Notes: generated from the letters alone by a model not told the origin. 64,000 nucleotides of DNA from Candidatus Yanofskybacteria bacterium CG10_big_fil_rev_8_21_14_0_10_36_16 (GCA_002794035.1 PCXQ01000004.1:187064-251063); one strand, 5' to 3'; shown: positions 48,471 through 59,591, counted from the stretch's first letter. Numbers and translations are program-made.

Positions 48471-49943
48471 TTATTCTGGAAGTTTTTCTTTGATTTGTGA
48501 TTTCTTAGGTTTTTGTTGGCTTAGCCATTCCCTGATAAATAGTGTGGCTCTCACATCATCTTCGTTGTATTTGAGAATTTTATCTTTTAATTTTTTATCC
48601 TTATTATTAAGCCAATCATTATACCAAACAACCGACTCCGCTCCCCCAGCATCTTCCGCTTCCCAATCAAAACCTAAATAACGGGCAACATCTTTTAAAC
48701 TATAAAAATACAACGGCAAAACAACGGAACGCGTCAATATTAAATGCAAATCAAATGCATTATCTTTGAATTTTTTTTCAAGATCCCGAGAAATGCCATA
48801 CCTTGCTGCAAACTTATTAAATACCTGCATCTCATAACTTGAATAATAATAAACAACAAAATCATCAAGTTCTTCCAAATATTTTAGAAAATCCTCCCAC
48901 ATTCTTTTTTGATCATCTTTGCTGTCAGCCCAAAAATATTTGTATTCAGTCTTATTGCCTGTTTTTTGTAAGAATCCCCACAAATAATCAATATCGACAG
49001 TAGGGTCTGATTCAATATCAAAATGTATCTCGTTTTTTACTTCGGGAAATTCTGATTTTTGAACAACATAAAATTCATTGCTAATTAAAGCATTGGCCTG
49101 ACTTTGGAAACGCATAATCTTATCAAAATTCCAAAAAGTTAAATCACGCTGCAAATCATTTACATCAGTATTTGCAAGATCCCGAACTGTTTTTATGCCT
49201 ATATCATAAAGCTGGCGCTGATCTGACTGGCTTATTCTATAAACCAGTGAAACATCATCACAGTCCTTAGCTTCTGATTCACAAAGAGCATACCATGGAG
49301 AACGCTTGCAGCCACTCTTCAAGAAAGGAGCGGGTTTTTCACCATTAAGTATTTTTTCAATTTCAGTAAGTGACATCTTAAACTGATCAACAAAATCATC
49401 AACCAAAAATGACCTCTCCTCCCCTTCTGCATTAATAATGTAGGCATCTCTGGGTCTTACACCTTGAATACGCTCAAGTATTAAACTATAAAATACAAGC
49501 TGAAATTTATATTCTGTTCTTACTTCTGGACCAAGTTTTACATCATAAACCACATAATAATGATCTCCGAAGTTAGACTTAACATTTCGTCCTAACTCTG
49601 ACGTAGGACGTGCCTCCAAAAGATCGGGCATACCAACCCAATCCTCATCCATTAACACGCCATGATAAATATTCTTACCCTCTTTCATTAGTTCTACAGT
49701 GGCCAAGAAAGCCTCGTCGAGATCTTTTAACAAAGAAGGGTCAATTTCTTCAAATTTTTTCGAATTTATAAGTTCCTTTTCGTGATTTAAACCTCCCTTG
49801 TGGATCATATCAATCAAAGGGGGTGTTTCCTTTGTCTTCTTAAGTTCACTATAAATATCGTACCAAATCCAATGGGGGCACTGAAAAAACTTATAAAAAT
49901 GTTCTCCAGTAATAACAAATTTTTTATCTTTAGATTTTATCAT
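48471..49943 (-). CDS. TM0106-family RecB-like nuclease with a C-terminal RNase H-like domain
   Basis: PDLL...YDVK...QL.FY (PD-(D/E)xK), FDIESDP, YSLKDVA..LGF.W, YNEDDVRAT. Confidence 0.85.
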   Translation of the reverse strand: MIKSKDKKFVITGEHFYKFFQCPHWIWYDIYSELKKTKETPPLIDMIHKGGLNHEKELINSKKFEEIDPSLLKDLDEAFLATVELMKEGKNIYHGVLMDEDWVGMPDLLEARPTSELGRNVKSNFGDHYYVVYDVKLGPEVRTEYKFQLVFYSLILERIQGVRPRDAYIINAEGEERSFLVDDFVDQFKMSLTEIEKILNGEKPAPFLKSGCKRSPWYALCESEAKDCDDVSLVYRISQSDQRQLYDIGIKTVRDLANTDVNDLQRDLTFWNFDKIMRFQSQANALISNEFYVVQKSEFPEVKNEIHFDIESDPTVDIDYLWGFLQKTGNKTEYKYFWADSKDDQKRMWEDFLKYLEELDDFVVYYYSSYEMQVFNKFAARYGISRDLEKKFKDNAFDLHLILTRSVVLPLYFYSLKDVARYLGFDWEAEDAGGAESVVWYNDWLNNKDKKLKDKILKYNEDDVRATLFIREWLSQQKPKKSQIKEKLPE

Positions 49944-50048
49944 TATATTAATCGTATTATAAAAACAAATAAAATAAAAGTTGATTTTTTTACCAAAATA
50001 ATAAAAATCCGCATTTTTACGGATTTTTATTATTTTTATATTTTATAA

Positions 50049-50774
50049 TTACTGATTTTCAGGCAACTCAACACTTAATACTTCATCTCCTTTTTCTATT
50101 GATCTAACTAAGTCCATACCATTTGTAACCTTGCCGAAAACCGTGTGAAGACCATTAAGATGTGGCTGATCTTTTATTGTTACAATGAAGAACTGGCTGC
50201 CGTTTGTATTCGGACCCGCATTAGCCATAGCGATTGAACCAACGGTAACAGGCAAAGATTCAAGATCATAATCATACTCATACCCCTTAGCTTCGAGTTG
50301 TGAAATTTGAGAGTCAGACAATCCAAATCCAGGTGATTTTGGATTTATCTCATCTTCAAAAGCATAACCGGGACCACCTGTTCCATCATTAGAAGGATCA
50401 GTATCTTTAGAAAGAGGGTCGCCTCCTTGAATCATAAAGTCAGAGATAACTCTGTGAAACTTTGTACCATCATAAAATCCCTGGCCAGCAAGCAACATAA
50501 AGTTGCCCACGGTTTTTGGTGCAATTGTTGGATAAAGTTCAAGTTCTATATCTCCCTTGGTGGTATTTAAAACTACTCTTACTTTATCGGGTAAATTTTC
50601 CTCGGTAACTGTTTCAATATCTCCGTTTTTATCTTCCATTTTTTCATCTATTTGGGCCACGGAACCGTCGTCATTTAAAGCAATTTCCTCTGATCTTTCG
50701 GAAAAAAACAAAAAATACCCGCCAACGACAGCTAAGACAGCCAAAAATATGGTTAAATATCCAAATTTAGTCAT
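50049..50774 (-). CDS. Cyclophilin-type peptidyl-prolyl isomerase with a membrane anchor
   Basis: APKTV.NF, FYDG.KFHRVI..FMIQGGDP, AMANAGPNTNGSQFFI. Confidence 0.95.
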   Translation of the reverse strand: MTKFGYLTIFLAVLAVVGGYFLFFSERSEEIALNDDGSVAQIDEKMEDKNGDIETVTEENLPDKVRVVLNTTKGDIELELYPTIAPKTVGNFMLLAGQGFYDGTKFHRVISDFMIQGGDPLSKDTDPSNDGTGGPGYAFEDEINPKSPGFGLSDSQISQLEAKGYEYDYDLESLPVTVGSIAMANAGPNTNGSQFFIVTIKDQPHLNGLHTVFGKVTNGMDLVRSIEKGDEVLSVELPENQ

Positions 50775-50849
50775 AAATATTAATTATCAAGTATGAATGC
50801 AATACGCAAATAGACATACTTGAATAATTGTTTTATTTTAATAAACCTT

Positions 50850-51464
50850 TTATTTTCTAAGATATTTTTTAATGGGCAATAAAAAAATAGTGCCCAATAC
50901 AGAAAAGAAAACCATAGAAATAATCAAAAAATTAAAACCTATTGATATTGCAATGAATCCACCTATAGCAGCTAGGGTAGCACTGGATAAATCAGTAAGT
51001 GTAAAATACACTCCCCATTCTGTACCCTCCTTGTGATTATCAATATGTCTGGTAAAAATTGCCACATAAGAAGGAAAGGTCATGGCTGTAAAAAACCCCA
51101 AAACAAACTGTATAATATAAAGCTGCCATGGCAAATTTATAACAAGATACAAAAGAGGAATTACCGACATCACAACACTTCCCCAAAATAAGAACATAAA
51201 ATCATCCTTTTCTCCTTTGATTTTATCAATAAATGCAGCAAGGGGTATTTGCAAGGTACTTTTGGTAAATAAATATACAGCAACTGAAACACCGACAACA
51301 GCAGCGTTACCCCCAATAATAAAATCTTCTATAAAAATAGCAAAAACTGGAGAAAAAAGACCCGCCGCTCCAACAAGTATCACATCGGATACAATAAGCA
51401 ACCTAATAACAAAATTTATATCTTTTAAAAAGTAATGTTTTAACGCTAATATTTTTTTGTCCAT
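50850..51464 (-). CDS. Half-size (6-TM) MFS-like transporter
   Basis: 204 aa, 6 TM, MFS-like loops (D..KG, G.EWG). Confidence 0.75.
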   Translation of the reverse strand: MDKKILALKHYFLKDINFVIRLLIVSDVILVGAAGLFSPVFAIFIEDFIIGGNAAVVGVSVAVYLFTKSTLQIPLAAFIDKIKGEKDDFMFLFWGSVVMSVIPLLYLVINLPWQLYIIQFVLGFFTAMTFPSYVAIFTRHIDNHKEGTEWGVYFTLTDLSSATLAAIGGFIAISIGFNFLIISMVFFSVLGTIFLLPIKKYLRK

Positions 51465-52855
51465 TATTTTAGTTTATCTGAAAAGTAAGATGAAAGCTCA
51501 TCTATTTTTATTCTTTCCTGCTTCGCAGTATCTCTATCGCGCACAGTAACTGTACCGTCTTCCAAACTATCGAAATCAACAGTAACACACCACGGCGTAC
51601 CTATTTCATCCTGAGCATAATAACGCTTACCTACATTTCCCCTATCATCCCAGACAGTTGTAAATTCAGAACTCAAATTATCAAAAATTTCCTGAGCCTT
51701 TTTAACAAGTTCGGGTTTATTTTTCAACAATGGAAAGACAGCGACTTTATATGGTGCAAGCTTAGGATGTAATTTCAAAACAACCCTCTTGTCATTGCCT
51801 TCTCCCTCTTCGTAATAAAACTCAAGCATAACCATGAGCATCAAACGAGTAAGGCCAAAAGTAGGCTCTATAACATGGGGGGTAAATTTATTACCCGATT
51901 CGGGATCCGTGTACTCAAGATCAACCCCAGAGTGTTTTGAATGATTTTTAAGATCAAAATCAGTCCTGTAAGCGAGTCCGAATAATTCTTTCCATCCTAT
52001 CGGTGTCTTATATTCAATATCCGCAGTGCGGTTACTATAATGCGATAATTCTTCTTTTTCGTGCTCTCTTACCCTCAGGTTGTCTTTGTTGAAACCGATT
52101 TCTTTCAACCAATCCTGCTGTTGGGCAAGCCAATATTCAAACCATTTTTGCCAATCATTTTTTTCAATGAAGTATTCAAATTCCATGAGATCAAATTCTA
52201 AAGTACGAAAAGTAAAATTACCCGGAGTAATTTCATTGCGAAAAACCTTACCCACAGAAGCAATACCGAACGGCAGTCTTATACGAGTTGTATCAAGAAC
52301 ATTTTTGAAGTTAACAAACATTGATTGAGCAACTTCCCCACGCAAATAAACAACACTTTTATCCCCCTCAACCGAACCAATAGAGGTTTGGAAAAGCAAA
52401 TTAAACTTTCGTGCCTTGGTAAACTCCCCTTTTGCTCCGCATTTTGGACAAGCAATTTTATGAGTTTCAATAATCTCTGACAATTCATCTGCAGATTTGC
52501 CTTCCACCTTCTGATCTGGCAAGGCATTTTCAATTAAATGATCAGCGCGGTGCCTGGTTTTGCATTTTTTGCAATCAACCATTGCATCACTAAAGCTCGA
52601 AACATGTCCTGATGCTTCCCAAACTTTTGGGTTCATCAAAATAGCAGCATCTAAACCCACCATATCTCGTCGTGACTGAACAAACCTCTTCCACCACCAA
52701 TCCCGCAAATTATTTTTTAATTCCACGCCAAGCGGGCCATAGTCCCAAGAGTTGGCCAAACCGCCATAAATCTCAGAGCCGGGATACACAAAACCCCGCC
52801 TTTTAGCCAGTGAGGTTATTGTATCTATTAAATTGTTATTCTTTTCTTTGCTCAA
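51464..52855 (-). CDS. glyS: Glycine--tRNA ligase (homodimeric alpha2 type)
   Basis: KRRGF...SEIYGG..WDYGPLG, FRNEITPGNF.FR, ELSHYS, VIEP.FG, anticodon-binding domain. Confidence 0.95.
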   Translation of the reverse strand: MSKEKNNNLIDTITSLAKRRGFVYPGSEIYGGLANSWDYGPLGVELKNNLRDWWWKRFVQSRRDMVGLDAAILMNPKVWEASGHVSSFSDAMVDCKKCKTRHRADHLIENALPDQKVEGKSADELSEIIETHKIACPKCGAKGEFTKARKFNLLFQTSIGSVEGDKSVVYLRGEVAQSMFVNFKNVLDTTRIRLPFGIASVGKVFRNEITPGNFTFRTLEFDLMEFEYFIEKNDWQKWFEYWLAQQQDWLKEIGFNKDNLRVREHEKEELSHYSNRTADIEYKTPIGWKELFGLAYRTDFDLKNHSKHSGVDLEYTDPESGNKFTPHVIEPTFGLTRLMLMVMLEFYYEEGEGNDKRVVLKLHPKLAPYKVAVFPLLKNKPELVKKAQEIFDNLSSEFTTVWDDRGNVGKRYYAQDEIGTPWCVTVDFDSLEDGTVTVRDRDTAKQERIKIDELSSYFSDKLK

Positions 52856-52872
52856 TATATAAAAGATTAAAT

Positions 52873-54702
52873 CTAGTTTTCTTGAACAGTCCCACCTGCT
52901 TTATCTACTGCCCTTACAGTATTAATCAATGCCTCCCTTCTGGTAATTTCCTGACTTGTTATTGTGTCGCGCCCTGTAAATATCGTTTCTTTTAACAAAT
53001 CGGCTGGCGAATTAATCTGGTTAATTGATGGTACTATTGATATCTGGAAATATGCCTCATAAGGAGGAAATGAAGTACCCACACCCCCCGGAACAGAGCC
53101 AATGTCCCAGAAAATAGAATTGCTATTTGAATCATATTGAGGCAGAGTACCTGTTACATTTGAGCGAGTATTCCCAACCCACTCAACTCCGGGCAATAAT
53201 TGTCCTGTAATTTCCGCGGGTGCTATCAAATTAACAGGATTGGCCACTGACCACCTTATTGTAAGAGTTGTTTTCTCGTCAACTTTAGGAGGCCAAGGAC
53301 CTGAAGAACCCCACTCAAAATCATCAACATAAAGTTCTTGTCTAAATGAAAGATTGGTTGCAATTCTTGTCAGAAGCTCGTCTTCTGCGATCAAACGATC
53401 AACGCCAAGATCGGGAGGAACATTAGTTGTCTCAATTCTAGGAGTAATTTTAACCAATGAATTTTGACTTCCTATTACTCCTCCTGGAAATTCTTCTTTA
53501 AGTCTTACCGTGAATTTAACAGATCCGGTCTGATTTGCTCTTAACACACCCAGCTGAGGAACAACTGAGGCATTCCAATAAACAGTATTTAATCTGCTGT
53601 CAAAAAAACCATCTGACTCAACTGATGTTAGATCAAACATCTCGCCATCAAGTTTTGCAGACAATCCCACGCCCAAAAGATCTCGGGTGGTATTGTTTTT
53701 AAATTTAATCTCATAACGCAAGGTTTCTCTTAATCGAGCAACATATTCTTCAACACCATTGACGGTAGCCGAAATAGACAAAAAAGGACTGGCAATAGCT
53801 GTCGAAGCTGTCACCCTCTCGAAATCAATATAGGTTTCCCCTTCTGGCGTGCTTACCTTTCTTCTCACTGTTGCTGATATTGTTTTGGAATCTCTTTCAT
53901 CTCCAATCAAAATACCTGAGATGCTAATACGAGAACCCTCCCCCGCCCTCAGTCTTGGGATAAGCCAAACGTTTTCTCCTTTGTTATAAATTGGCTTAGT
54001 GGTAAACACACGAAAAGTATCCGGCAATTCAATCTCAATCAAGACATCTTCAAAATCTTCCTCTGTTTCGTTTCTATAATCTAATATATAGGAAACATCC
54101 TGACCGTTAACTGCAGTTGGCGGAGCAACCAAGGTCAAACTAATAGGCAAAGAAGTAATAGTGGTAGTGGTGGAAGCTTCTTTTGCTATTGTGGTAACCA
54201 AATTTCCCGGCTGGAATGACAACACAGCCTTAACCTGCTTAATATTACCCCTGTCACCAACTATATAGGCAGTGAACTCTCTTTCTCCCTGCTCACCAGC
54301 TCCGATCTTCCCTATATCAATAACCTTGTTGTTAAGATCAATAATTTCTTCATCAACAATAACTATAGAATCGGCGGGATAAGTAAAAGTAAGTTTGGCA
54401 TCTATCAAATCTACCCTATTGTTGTTTTCATAAGAAACTTTATAAGTTACGAATTCTCCCCCTTTAACTTCACTTGGACCATCAATACCAACATTGACCT
54501 TGCTTTCACTAAAAGAACTCCTCCCAAGGAAGAAAAACAGTACACCAACTGCAACAATCAAAACAGCACCCGCTATCACATGCTTTATGCCAAACTTAAA
54601 ACCCCGTTTCTTTTCTTCTGAATTGGGTACTATTATAGGCTTAGGAATTGGAGTTACATCAAACCTTGGTTCTGAAATCTGATCTGAGCTTGGATTATCC
54701 AT
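52873..54702 (-). CDS. Membrane-anchored protein with repeated Ig-like (DUF11-like) domains
   Basis: Single TM followed by beta-rich repeats (Y...Y.N...L). Confidence 0.75.
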   Translation of the reverse strand: MDNPSSDQISEPRFDVTPIPKPIIVPNSEEKKRGFKFGIKHVIAGAVLIVAVGVLFFFLGRSSFSESKVNVGIDGPSEVKGGEFVTYKVSYENNNRVDLIDAKLTFTYPADSIVIVDEEIIDLNNKVIDIGKIGAGEQGEREFTAYIVGDRGNIKQVKAVLSFQPGNLVTTIAKEASTTTTITSLPISLTLVAPPTAVNGQDVSYILDYRNETEEDFEDVLIEIELPDTFRVFTTKPIYNKGENVWLIPRLRAGEGSRISISGILIGDERDSKTISATVRRKVSTPEGETYIDFERVTASTAIASPFLSISATVNGVEEYVARLRETLRYEIKFKNNTTRDLLGVGLSAKLDGEMFDLTSVESDGFFDSRLNTVYWNASVVPQLGVLRANQTGSVKFTVRLKEEFPGGVIGSQNSLVKITPRIETTNVPPDLGVDRLIAEDELLTRIATNLSFRQELYVDDFEWGSSGPWPPKVDEKTTLTIRWSVANPVNLIAPAEITGQLLPGVEWVGNTRSNVTGTLPQYDSNSNSIFWDIGSVPGGVGTSFPPYEAYFQISIVPSINQINSPADLLKETIFTGRDTITSQEITRREALINTVRAVDKAGGTVQEN

Positions 54703-54766
54703 TTTTATAAGGTTAATATATTTTTAGAATTTAAATATTATTATTAAACTAGTACTATATCAACAT

Positions 54767-55282
54767 TCATCTTACCACATTTTGTATTAGTTGTAATGAC
54801 CCAAATCTTCTCTCAACAGCCTCTTCTATGCTCAATCCCTTACCATAACCGAGCACATTAACTGCTTCCGCGTGTATTTTTTTAAACTCTTTTTGCCAAA
54901 ATATATCTTTTTTATTGGCAAAAAGGTTAATATCATTAAGTTTGTTACTTAAAAAGTCCCATAAACTGCCGTCTCTCTCTCCCTCCATTACAACCTTGTC
55001 CATTAATTCAACAATAAAAAATGAAACTGCAAGCGCCTTAATGTCTGACTTTATCTTGCTGAAAGCATTTAAACAATAAGCGCTAGTTATTATAGGATGT
55101 CCATTGCCTTGAACCAAATTAAAATCAACCAAATTCAAAATATCCAGATGGCTTGCCTGTTTTGATGTCGAACGAAGAACACTCTTGGCTTGATAAACTT
55201 GTTTTCCATCTTCCTGAGTATAACAAATCACCAACTCATCATATTCACGAATAGGTATTTTTTTAATAATAAATGCACGCAT
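54767..55282 (-). CDS. recO: DNA repair protein RecO (short form)
   Basis: A.IIKK....E.D.L...YT.E.GK....AK..R..SK...HL. Confidence 0.85.
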   Translation of the reverse strand: MRAFIIKKIPIREYDELVICYTQEDGKQVYQAKSVLRSTSKQASHLDILNLVDFNLVQGNGHPIITSAYCLNAFSKIKSDIKALAVSFFIVELMDKVVMEGERDGSLWDFLSNKLNDINLFANKKDIFWQKEFKKIHAEAVNVLGYGKGLSIEEAVERRFGSLQLIQNVVR

Positions 55283-55388
55283 AGTATTTATTATAGAATA
55301 AATATCTTTCAATACCTAGATTTACAAAATCCCAGCCACTAAAACAGCTAGGATTCTATATTTTTCTTAAATTTAATAAAAAATCTAT

Positions 55389-58300
55389 TTATTTTTTAAT
55401 TCCAATCCAAACCTTTTGGTTTTCTATTTCAAATTCTTTCTCAACATCAAAAGCCTCTTCTGTCTTTTTACCCTGTTCAAGATGACTCAACACGGATGCT
55501 TCTTTTATTTCGTCTGAAAAAACACTGAAGGTGTTAACAACGGAATCACTTTCTGAATACCACACAACTCTAACCTTTTGCTCATAGTTATACCCTGCCT
55601 CCTTCCTCATGTCCTGAAAATATCTAATTATATCTCGAGCAATACCTTCGTTTTTCAATTCAGTAGTTACATTGGTGTCTAAAATCACATCATCTTCTTG
55701 AGTAGTGTTATAAATTACCTTTTTAACATTAAGCTCCTCCTTTATCAGCCCTTCGAGTTCTGAGCCAAATGGCATAAGTTTTTTGTTCATTTTAACTGAG
55801 ACACTCATTAATGGCTGACGAACCTTGATTTCTTTTTCCTTTCTTTGTGCCAAACCAAGAGCAACAACGTCTCTAAGGGCAACCATTTTTTCCTCAAGAT
55901 CATCACTTTCAAACTTTTTATGGTGGTGAGGCCAATCTTCAAGATGTACTGATTCCACATTGTCAGATATTTTTTTATAAATATGGTCTGCTATAAATGG
56001 GGTAAATGGCGCCAGCAATTTACACACCTCTATTAAAAGATGTCTGAAAAATCTTAAGTTTTCTTCAAGGATTACCTTGTCTTCAGGTTTTTGAAATCTG
56101 CCTCTAGATCTTCTCAACCACCACTTGGACAAATCATTAACAACAAAATCTTCAATTGCCCTCGCAGATGCGGTGTAATTATAGTCATCCAAATCATTAC
56201 CCACTTTTGCCTTAAGTCTGTTTAATCGAGACAGCACCCATTCGTCAAGAATATTTTGAGGAGTATTTGAAGAAGTTTTTTCTTTAAAACCGCCGTATAA
56301 TTCCAAGAATCTTAGAGTGTTAACGAGTGTAGTTAAAAAGCCATTCATGTTTTTCTTAACATCATCAAGAGAAAACAACTTTGTTTCACCGGGATTGTTT
56401 ACCGTATAGAAATACCAACGTCCCGCATCTGCTCCAAACTGCTCAATAATGTCATGGGGATCAACTGCGTTACCAAGCGACTTGGACATTTTTTTGCCCT
56501 TGTCATCAAGGACATGGGAATAGGACAATACATTTTTGTATGGAAAACCCTTATCTAACAAACTCGATACTGCAAGCAATGTATAGAACCAGCCCCTTGT
56601 TTGATCAATCCCCTCTGCAATAAAATCGGCCGGAAAATTATCCTCAAAAACTTTTTTGTTTTCAAAAGGATAGTGCCACTGAGCATAAGGCATGCTCCCC
56701 GAATCAAACCAAACATCTACAACTTCCGGAACTCTTTTCATTTGCTCTTTGCATTTAGGACATTTTATAGACACTTCGTCTACATAAGGCCTATGCAAAT
56801 CTATAGATCCCCCTTCGTTGTAGGGATAATTTTTAAACTCAAATTTTCTTAATTCACCCCTGTCTGGATAATTCTTCTTTCTGATGTCTAACATTTCTTC
56901 ATCGGACAAGTTATCAAGCGCGCTACTCAATAACCAAATTGGGTCGCCGTGGCTAACCAAAAGAAATTTCTTGCCTTCATGTTTATCGTCTAACTCTTTT
57001 ACAACTAAAAACATCCTGGCTTTTGCCTCTCTCCATGTCTCACCATCGCCATAACGCATATCTAAGGTTCTATTTATGTTTTCTGGTATGCAAGCATAGT
57101 GATTTTTACCCTCGCAAATACTGCCGTGATCAAGTTCTTTTAATCTATCGTCAGTATGTACCTGTTTTCCTAATACACTAGCAACAATGTGTGCGGAATG
57201 CTGAGTTCTCTTAAACGGAGAGGCATATATATAATCTACACCTCCTTCTTTTTTAAGTTTTTTAGCAACTTCTTCTACTTCTTTTATTCCTTCGGGTAAT
57301 AAATCATAACTATCATTCTCAAGACGTGAAGCTATTATGTCCTTGCCATCAATATTGTTTTTCTCGCTCGTACCATGACGTAAAATATAAAAAGTATTCT
57401 TTTCACGATATCTGTTTTTATCAAGATCTTCCAAAGAACTAATTACTTTATGTTCCTCGCATTTACCACATTCCCAAACAGGCAAAGGTGTTCCCCAAAA
57501 TCTCTCTCTAGAAAAAGCCCAGTCCTTTACATCACGCAAAAACTCACCAAATCTACCCTCTTTCAAATTTTCGGGAACCCAATTAATTTTATTATTGTTC
57601 TTTAAAAGATTATCCCTAATCTTGGACATTGCTACAAACCATGAATCCTTGGCATAGTAAATCAAAGGACTCTTGCACCTCCAACAGAAAGGATATGAGT
57701 GTTCATAATTCTTCACATCATACAGGAATCCTTTTTTATCTAAATAATTTATTATTTCTTTATCGGCATCTTTTACATATTTTCCTTCAAAACCCTTAAC
57801 ATCCTCTGTAAAAAGACCTTGCTCGTTAACAGTGTGGTGCATAGGCAATCCGATATTTTTACCAAGCTGATAATCATCCTCTCCGTACATTACTGCTGTA
57901 TGTACAACGCCTGTACCTTCTTGAGTTGTGACAAAGTCAGCTCCATAAACCTTGTATGACTTTTCCGATTCTAGAGATTTAATGTCAAAAAGAGGTTCAT
58001 ATTCAATGCCTACGAGATCTTTGCCTGTAAATTCAGCAACCACATCAAGAGGTTTATCTTTTTTGACATTAACAACAGCATCTTCAGCAACAATTAAATA
58101 CTCAGGGCCATTTTTAACCAAAAGATATTTAATCTTCTCCCCCACTGCCAATGCAACGTTGCCGGGCAATGTCCATGGAGTAGTAGTCCATGCCAATATA
58201 TAACTGTTGTCCTTTAAATTATGGCTATCAGGATTTTTAATTTTAAATTTTACAAAAACTGATGGCTCTGAAACATCCTTATACCCTTGAGCCACTTCGT

Positions 58301-58862
58301 GACTGGACAATGCCGTACCACACCTCGGACACCACGGTAAAATCTTATGCCCTTTATACAAAAGGCCTTTTTTGTTTATCTGACCCATCACCCACCAAAG
58401 AGACTCCATATATTTCCAGTCATAAGTAACATAAGGGTCGTCTAAATCAATCCAGAAACCAATTCTATCAGTAAATTTTTCCCAAAGATCTTTATACTTC
58501 CATACGCTCTTTTTAGCCATTGCGTTAAATTTGCCAACACCATATTTTTCAACTTCGGTTTTATCTTTTAGACCTAGCTCCTTTTCAACCTCTATTTCAA
58601 CAGGTAGCCCATGCGTATCCCAACCGCCCTTTCTTAAAGCATAAAATCCCCGCATTGTTTTGTAGCGGTTAAAAAGATCTTTTACTACCCGGCCAAAAAA
58701 GTGATGCATGCCAGGCTTACCATTTGCAGTGGGAGGACCTTCAAAAAATACAAACTTCTTCCCCTTTTTTCTGTTATTAAGGGAACGTTCGAAAATCTTT
58801 CTTTCTTTCCAGAATTTAAGAATTTTTTCTTCAATTTTTGGGAAAATGTTTTCTTTAATCAT
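55389..58862 (-). CDS. ileS: Isoleucine--tRNA ligase type 2 with an inserted histidine-phosphatase domain
   Basis: EGPPTANG.PGMHH, WTTTPWTLPGN, DWAFSRERFWGTPLP, EGIDQTRGWFY, KMSKS; RHG...SHG insert. Confidence 0.95.
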   Translation of the reverse strand: MIKENIFPKIEEKILKFWKERKIFERSLNNRKKGKKFVFFEGPPTANGKPGMHHFFGRVVKDLFNRYKTMRGFYALRKGGWDTHGLPVEIEVEKELGLKDKTEVEKYGVGKFNAMAKKSVWKYKDLWEKFTDRIGFWIDLDDPYVTYDWKYMESLWWVMGQINKKGLLYKGHKILPWCPRCGTALSSHEVAQGYKDVSEPSVFVKFKIKNPDSHNLKDNSYILAWTTTPWTLPGNVALAVGEKIKYLLVKNGPEYLIVAEDAVVNVKKDKPLDVVAEFTGKDLVGIEYEPLFDIKSLESEKSYKVYGADFVTTQEGTGVVHTAVMYGEDDYQLGKNIGLPMHHTVNEQGLFTEDVKGFEGKYVKDADKEIINYLDKKGFLYDVKNYEHSYPFCWRCKSPLIYYAKDSWFVAMSKIRDNLLKNNNKINWVPENLKEGRFGEFLRDVKDWAFSRERFWGTPLPVWECGKCEEHKVISSLEDLDKNRYREKNTFYILRHGTSEKNNIDGKDIIASRLENDSYDLLPEGIKEVEEVAKKLKKEGGVDYIYASPFKRTQHSAHIVASVLGKQVHTDDRLKELDHGSICEGKNHYACIPENINRTLDMRYGDGETWREAKARMFLVVKELDDKHEGKKFLLVSHGDPIWLLSSALDNLSDEEMLDIRKKNYPDRGELRKFEFKNYPYNEGGSIDLHRPYVDEVSIKCPKCKEQMKRVPEVVDVWFDSGSMPYAQWHYPFENKKVFEDNFPADFIAEGIDQTRGWFYTLLAVSSLLDKGFPYKNVLSYSHVLDDKGKKMSKSLGNAVDPHDIIEQFGADAGRWYFYTVNNPGETKLFSLDDVKKNMNGFLTTLVNTLRFLELYGGFKEKTSSNTPQNILDEWVLSRLNRLKAKVGNDLDDYNYTASARAIEDFVVNDLSKWWLRRSRGRFQKPEDKVILEENLRFFRHLLIEVCKLLAPFTPFIADHIYKKISDNVESVHLEDWPHHHKKFESDDLEEKMVALRDVVALGLAQRKEKEIKVRQPLMSVSVKMNKKLMPFGSELEGLIKEELNVKKVIYNTTQEDDVILDTNVTTELKNEGIARDIIRYFQDMRKEAGYNYEQKVRVVWYSESDSVVNTFSVFSDEIKEASVLSHLEQGKKTEEAFDVEKEFEIENQKVWIGIKK

Positions 58863-58937
58863 TGATTATATGTAATAACTCAATTTAATTATAATATATC
58901 AAATTTTAACAATAATAAAACCCCGTTGAATACGGGG

Positions 58938-59591
58938 CTATTTTTCTATTTCCCTATCTTGAGATACTTCACTTAATATTCGTTCTGCCTCTTCTACCGC
59001 TAACCAACTATAAATTTTGTTTTCAACTTTAAAAACCAACCTAACCAACAAAACAACAACCATAAACGAAAAGGATATCTGACTGGCCCAACCCCAAAAT
59101 AAATCAGGGAATATATTACTATGCATTGCATTGTGAAATATTTCCAACTGAGACAGAATGTAAAAATCCATTCCTAAGATTCTTTTTAGTACCATAAAAA
59201 CATCAGGCAAAATGTTAAAAAATACACCCAATGAAGCAAGAAAAAATGGACTGGCTAATTTAAGATTATCAGCAACTTCAATTTTTGAAACATTAACAGA
59301 CACAACGACCCTCAAAAAATGCATCAAGGGTTCTCTAAAAACAAAAAGTATTATACACGAACCAATCATCATATCAATCAAGAGATAAACTGAGCTTAAA
59401 AATAAAAATTCTGATTTAATAGCATAATCTTTGTGCGGAATTGCATCCAACAAAAAATGACAGAAAAAAGAAACTGAACAAACAACAAAAACCATAAGCA
59501 ACTTTTTGTTCATCCATTTCCTGCCAATAAATATTTTCTTGACCAAAACTGCTATCAAAGAACCAGCCAACATATGGGGCGATGCAACCAA
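58938..59591 (-). CDS. Membrane protein, putative metal-dependent hydrolase (YdjM-like motifs)
   Basis: H...G, HFLLDAIPH, LPD, FH...H. Confidence 0.6.
   Translation of the reverse strand: MVASPHMLAGSLIAVLVKKIFIGRKWMNKKLLMVFVVCSVSFFCHFLLDAIPHKDYAIKSEFLFLSSVYLLIDMMIGSCIILFVFREPLMHFLRVVVSVNVSKIEVADNLKLASPFFLASLGVFFNILPDVFMVLKRILGMDFYILSQLEIFHNAMHSNIFPDLFWGWASQISFSFMVVVLLVRLVFKVENKIYSWLAVEEAERILSEVSQDREIEK

Noticed and set aside
48471-49943. Cas4 or defence-island nuclease
   Set aside because: The architecture fits a stand-alone TM0106 family protein among housekeeping genes, with no CRISPR or defence neighbours
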